DNA from: Plasmodiophora brassicae
Taxonomy: Eukaryota
Assembly (NCBI GenBank): GCA_036867785.1
Contig: CP145413.1
Coordinates: 1,302,001 to 1,366,000, forward strand
Length of the DNA: 64,000 nt
Reading direction: 5' to 3'
The notes under the pieces are model-generated. The model worked only from the letters and a program-made list of their open reading frames with translations. It had not been told where the DNA came from and searched no databases. The position numbers and the translations under genes were made by a program. Each line of letters starts with the position of its first letter. Position 1 is the first letter of the stretch. Of this stretch, positions 61,112 through 64,000 are shown in pieces.

Positions 61112-64000
61112 ATGGTTCACGCCGGGCGTGCGCCAATGGTCCTCGTTAACTTTGCCGTTGGCGTCATCGTCGCCGGTCATGTGGTTGCGGCGACGGAGTC
61201 GTTCATCCCGGCGAGCGGACGCGCCATGAGGTTCAGCGCCGACCCTGCGCGCAAGACGTTCCTGCAGGTGGCGATGATGTGCGCGACCAGTAACGGCGCG
61301 AACCCGCTCGCCTCCCAGAGCATGACGATTGCCGCGTGGGTCCACGTCCCGGCTTTGACGTCGTCCGAGATGACCGTCACCGGGTTCGCGCTGCATAACG
61401 GCCCCCTCCTTCAGCTCGATCGTCTCGGGAACTTCAAGGTGCAAGGCGTCGAGAGTCTTGACTTTGCCAGGCAGTGCGAGTTCGACCATGTTTCTGGCTG
61501 GAACCTCGCCGATGGCACCTGGCACCATCTGGCGTTCACGCGCACGCCTGACCTCCAGTACTTCTTCATCGACGGCGTCCTCCAGCGCAAGTGCGGCAAC
61601 TATTCGAAGCCGTACGCCCCTCTGCCATTCGGTACGACGCTGAACGTCGGCCAGTTCGACACGACGCCCGGCAGCGCTAACGATCAGACAATGGCGGGCG
61701 ACCTGGACGACATTCGCATCTATAAACGCGCTGTCACCGACCCGGCCGAGGTCGCCACCATGATGTGGACGCCGCCAAGCGCTGATGACATCCCCAACCA
61801 CCTGATTCTCTACCTGACGTTCGACGAGGCGCAAGGCCCACCTACCAACTATGGCCTGGCAGGTGGCCCCACCTCCGTTTCCGTCGGTGGTGGGCTCTTG
61901 GTTCGCTCCCCGACCCGCGTCCCTTCGACAGCACCGTTCCCGACCAACACCACGTCATCGTCGCTCATCATCGAGGCCCGCCAAGATTCCAGTTCGGGAC
62001 GTGCTGACCCGATCACAACTTCGATCCTGAGCACCAGGAACCGCACCGCCAGCATCATCGGGCGCAACGCGACGCTGACAATCACTGGGGTCAACCTTCC
62101 ATCGGGGGTCGGCACCATCACCATCAACAACGTGCCAATAACGTCGCCGGGCCAGACGATTCAGGCCATCTCGTCGGACATGTCGTTGACGTTCGCTCAG
62201 GCGCTGGGACACACCGGGACGCCGATCGCCTCCATTGACGTCATCCTGTCGGTGCGTTCCCCCGGATTCACCCTCACGCAGCACGCCACCATCGTCATCA
62301 ACGTGCGGTTGAACACGAGGCCGGTCGCCGGATCAGCAGGCAGTGCAACGTGGCTGGATGGCATTCAGCAGTACTTCATATCCCCATCGCTCGCCTGGCC
62401 ACGTATCCAGCCTTCAAATGGCCTCTCCGCGATCACCGTCGAGTTCTGGGCGTATTTAGACGCGTCCTGCGCTGGGGACACCGCCTTCTTCAGTCTGAAC
62501 GGCAACGGCGAGCAGAACCAGCCTTGGCCGATGGAGTTCGGCGCGAACCGTCGCTGGGGCCGCTGGCACGTCCAGATGCCGGACGGGAACAACAACATCA
62601 ACTGGAACATTGGCAGCGACAACCTGGTGACGCCGGCGACCCCGTTCTATAACGGCTGGGCCCATTACGCATTCGTCGCCGACCACGTCCAGGGCACACA
62701 GGCGGCAATCTACATCAACGGGCAGATGGTGGCCAACATGACCCGGGATCACGACGGGTTCCAGAACGTGGCCTCTCCGGGCGGGTATAATCACATCACG
62801 GTCGGCACCTGGACCTTCTGGAGCGAGGTCTACAACAAGGGCATCTACGATGACCTGCGCTTGTGGAATCGGTCGCTGTCGGGTGAGGAGATTCGCCACC
62901 GGATGTGGCAGCAGCTGCAGGGAGACGAACCCGACTTGTACGCGTACTGGACATTCGACGACAATTCGGGCGGTGTCGTACGCGATCTGACGCGACGCGG
63001 CCACGACCTGATCGCCGGCGGATGCGTCCCCTGTGAACCCCGATTCTACTGTCAACCCGACTTCGTGACGTGGGCAACTGAGCCAGTGCCTCCGCTGGAC
63101 TCATCGGCTTGTATTCCTTCGGCGAAATCGACATCATCGCCTGCGTTCCTGACGCGCACCTGCTTCGGCGGTACGCATTGCTTCCTGGGCAACGAGGACC
63201 CCGTCACGCGCCCGGGTCAGATCATCTCGTCGGCACCGATTGGCGGGGTCGTGTTCAGTCCGGTTGGGTTGACCGGGCACTCGATCGGCGTCATCCTGAA
63301 CGGGACTGATCCGGACGGGGACCCGGTCGCGTTCGCGGTCACCAGTTTTTCTTCGCATGGCGTTGTCCAGTATTGGAACGGGTCGACCTGGCACACGATC
63401 ACATCGTCGCCGGCAACGCTACCGACTGCCAAGTTACAAGTCCTCACGAATCAGGGAGACGGTGGCATGCCGTTTACAACGATCACGTACGTGGTCAGCG
63501 ACACGTACTCGGCGTCGACTCCTCTGACCGTCAACGTGAACGTCATGTGCACCGAGGGCACGTACCTGAACCAGACAGCGCGCCAGTGCCAGGCGTGCCC
63601 CGTCGGTACCTACGCACCTCTGCCGTCATTCAACACGTCGTGCATGCCCTGCCCGGTGAGCATGTTTCAGCCGAAGACGGGTGCGGTCAGCTGCGAACCG
63701 TGCGTGCCGGGGCGAACCTTCACTGCGCAGCCGGGTGCAGCTCAGTGCGCGCCCTGCAACGGCACACTGTCGCTGCACGATTCGCGCCTACCGCTCTCCA
63801 CGACGCTGTGTCGCGCGTCCTACCAAATCCCAAACCCAGTGGCAACTACAGGCGGGTCCATTTCGTACATCGAGTTCGCGCCATTGCTGATCGACATGAC
63901 GCCAAGCGACGCGCGTGTCATCATTCGCTCCATGCCCCAGTACGGCACCCTGCACCAAGTAGCTGAGGACGGCATCAGTGTCGCTGACGACGACGTCGGC
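61112..64000 (+). CDS. Large extracellular/receptor-like protein: two LamG/pentraxin-like domains, Ig/cadherin-like spacers, Cys-rich CxxCPxG repeats (runs off the window)
   Basis: The frame from ATG 61112 is still in frame at 64000. Hydrophobic N-terminus; DGTWHHLAFT..FFIDG..DDIRIY; GWAHYAFV..IYING..DDLRLW; CQACPVGTY, CMPCPVSMF, CEPCVPG. Confidence 0.75.
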   Translation, partial: MVHAGRAPMVLVNFAVGVIVAGHVVAATESFIPASGRAMRFSADPARKTFLQVAMMCATSNGANPLASQSMTIAAWVHVPALTSSEMTVTGFALHNGPLLQLDRLGNFKVQGVESLDFARQCEFDHVSGWNLADGTWHHLAFTRTPDLQYFFIDGVLQRKCGNYSKPYAPLPFGTTLNVGQFDTTPGSANDQTMAGDLDDIRIYKRAVTDPAEVATMMWTPPSADDIPNHLILYLTFDEAQGPPTNYGLAGGPTSVSVGGGLLVRSPTRVPSTAPFPTNTTSSSLIIEARQDSSSGRADPITTSILSTRNRTASIIGRNATLTITGVNLPSGVGTITINNVPITSPGQTIQAISSDMSLTFAQALGHTGTPIASIDVILSVRSPGFTLTQHATIVINVRLNTRPVAGSAGSATWLDGIQQYFISPSLAWPRIQPSNGLSAITVEFWAYLDASCAGDTAFFSLNGNGEQNQPWPMEFGANRRWGRWHVQMPDGNNNINWNIGSDNLVTPATPFYNGWAHYAFVADHVQGTQAAIYINGQMVANMTRDHDGFQNVASPGGYNHITVGTWTFWSEVYNKGIYDDLRLWNRSLSGEEIRHRMWQQLQGDEPDLYAYWTFDDNSGGVVRDLTRRGHDLIAGGCVPCEPRFYCQPDFVTWATEPVPPLDSSACIPSAKSTSSPAFLTRTCFGGTHCFLGNEDPVTRPGQIISSAPIGGVVFSPVGLTGHSIGVILNGTDPDGDPVAFAVTSFSSHGVVQYWNGSTWHTITSSPATLPTAKLQVLTNQGDGGMPFTTITYVVSDTYSASTPLTVNVNVMCTEGTYLNQTARQCQACPVGTYAPLPSFNTSCMPCPVSMFQPKTGAVSCEPCVPGRTFTAQPGAAQCAPCNGTLSLHDSRLPLSTTLCRASYQIPNPVATTGGSISYIEFAPLLIDMTPSDARVIIRSMPQYGTLHQVAEDGISVADDDVG

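Noticed and set aside
60830-61834. 334-aa minus ORF and similar long antisense ORFs (e.g. 50615..51562, 52885..53562)
   Set aside because: Shadow frames of GC-rich coding sequence on the opposite strand.
1-64000. CRISPR arrays, rRNA, prokaryotic operons
   Set aside because: None seen; spliceosomal introns and gene content show a eukaryotic nuclear locus.

Overview
Gene-dense, GC-rich eukaryotic (protist-like) nuclear DNA with many short GT-AG introns, mostly 48-60 nt. The architecture suggests a plasmodiophorid such as Plasmodiophora, but that is an unverified inference. A core of housekeeping genes (ERI1-type exonuclease, ChaC, DDX51, PDH E1-alpha, CDK20, CDK5RAP1, proteasome alpha, tRNA-Asp, AFG1, TMEM115, eIF6, ValRS, CPSF73, SLC19-like carrier, Kv channel) is bracketed by two oppositely oriented triplets of one receptor-like family (signal peptide + PA-like domain + 7TM). 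Main points: (1) a tandem AdoMetDC pair, in which one intact paralog has lost its processing/catalytic residues (prozyme-like pseudoenzyme) and the other carries a PS-stop uORF; (2) an intact DD35D pogo-type transposon with a second, spliced, convergent HIRAN-like gene, nested in a hAT relic with perfect 17-bp TIRs and an 8-bp TSD; (3) long inverted duplications inside two unrelated transposon relics; (4) many receptor-like genes, including a 7TM-RGS. Gene models were built by hand and boundaries are approximate where noted.
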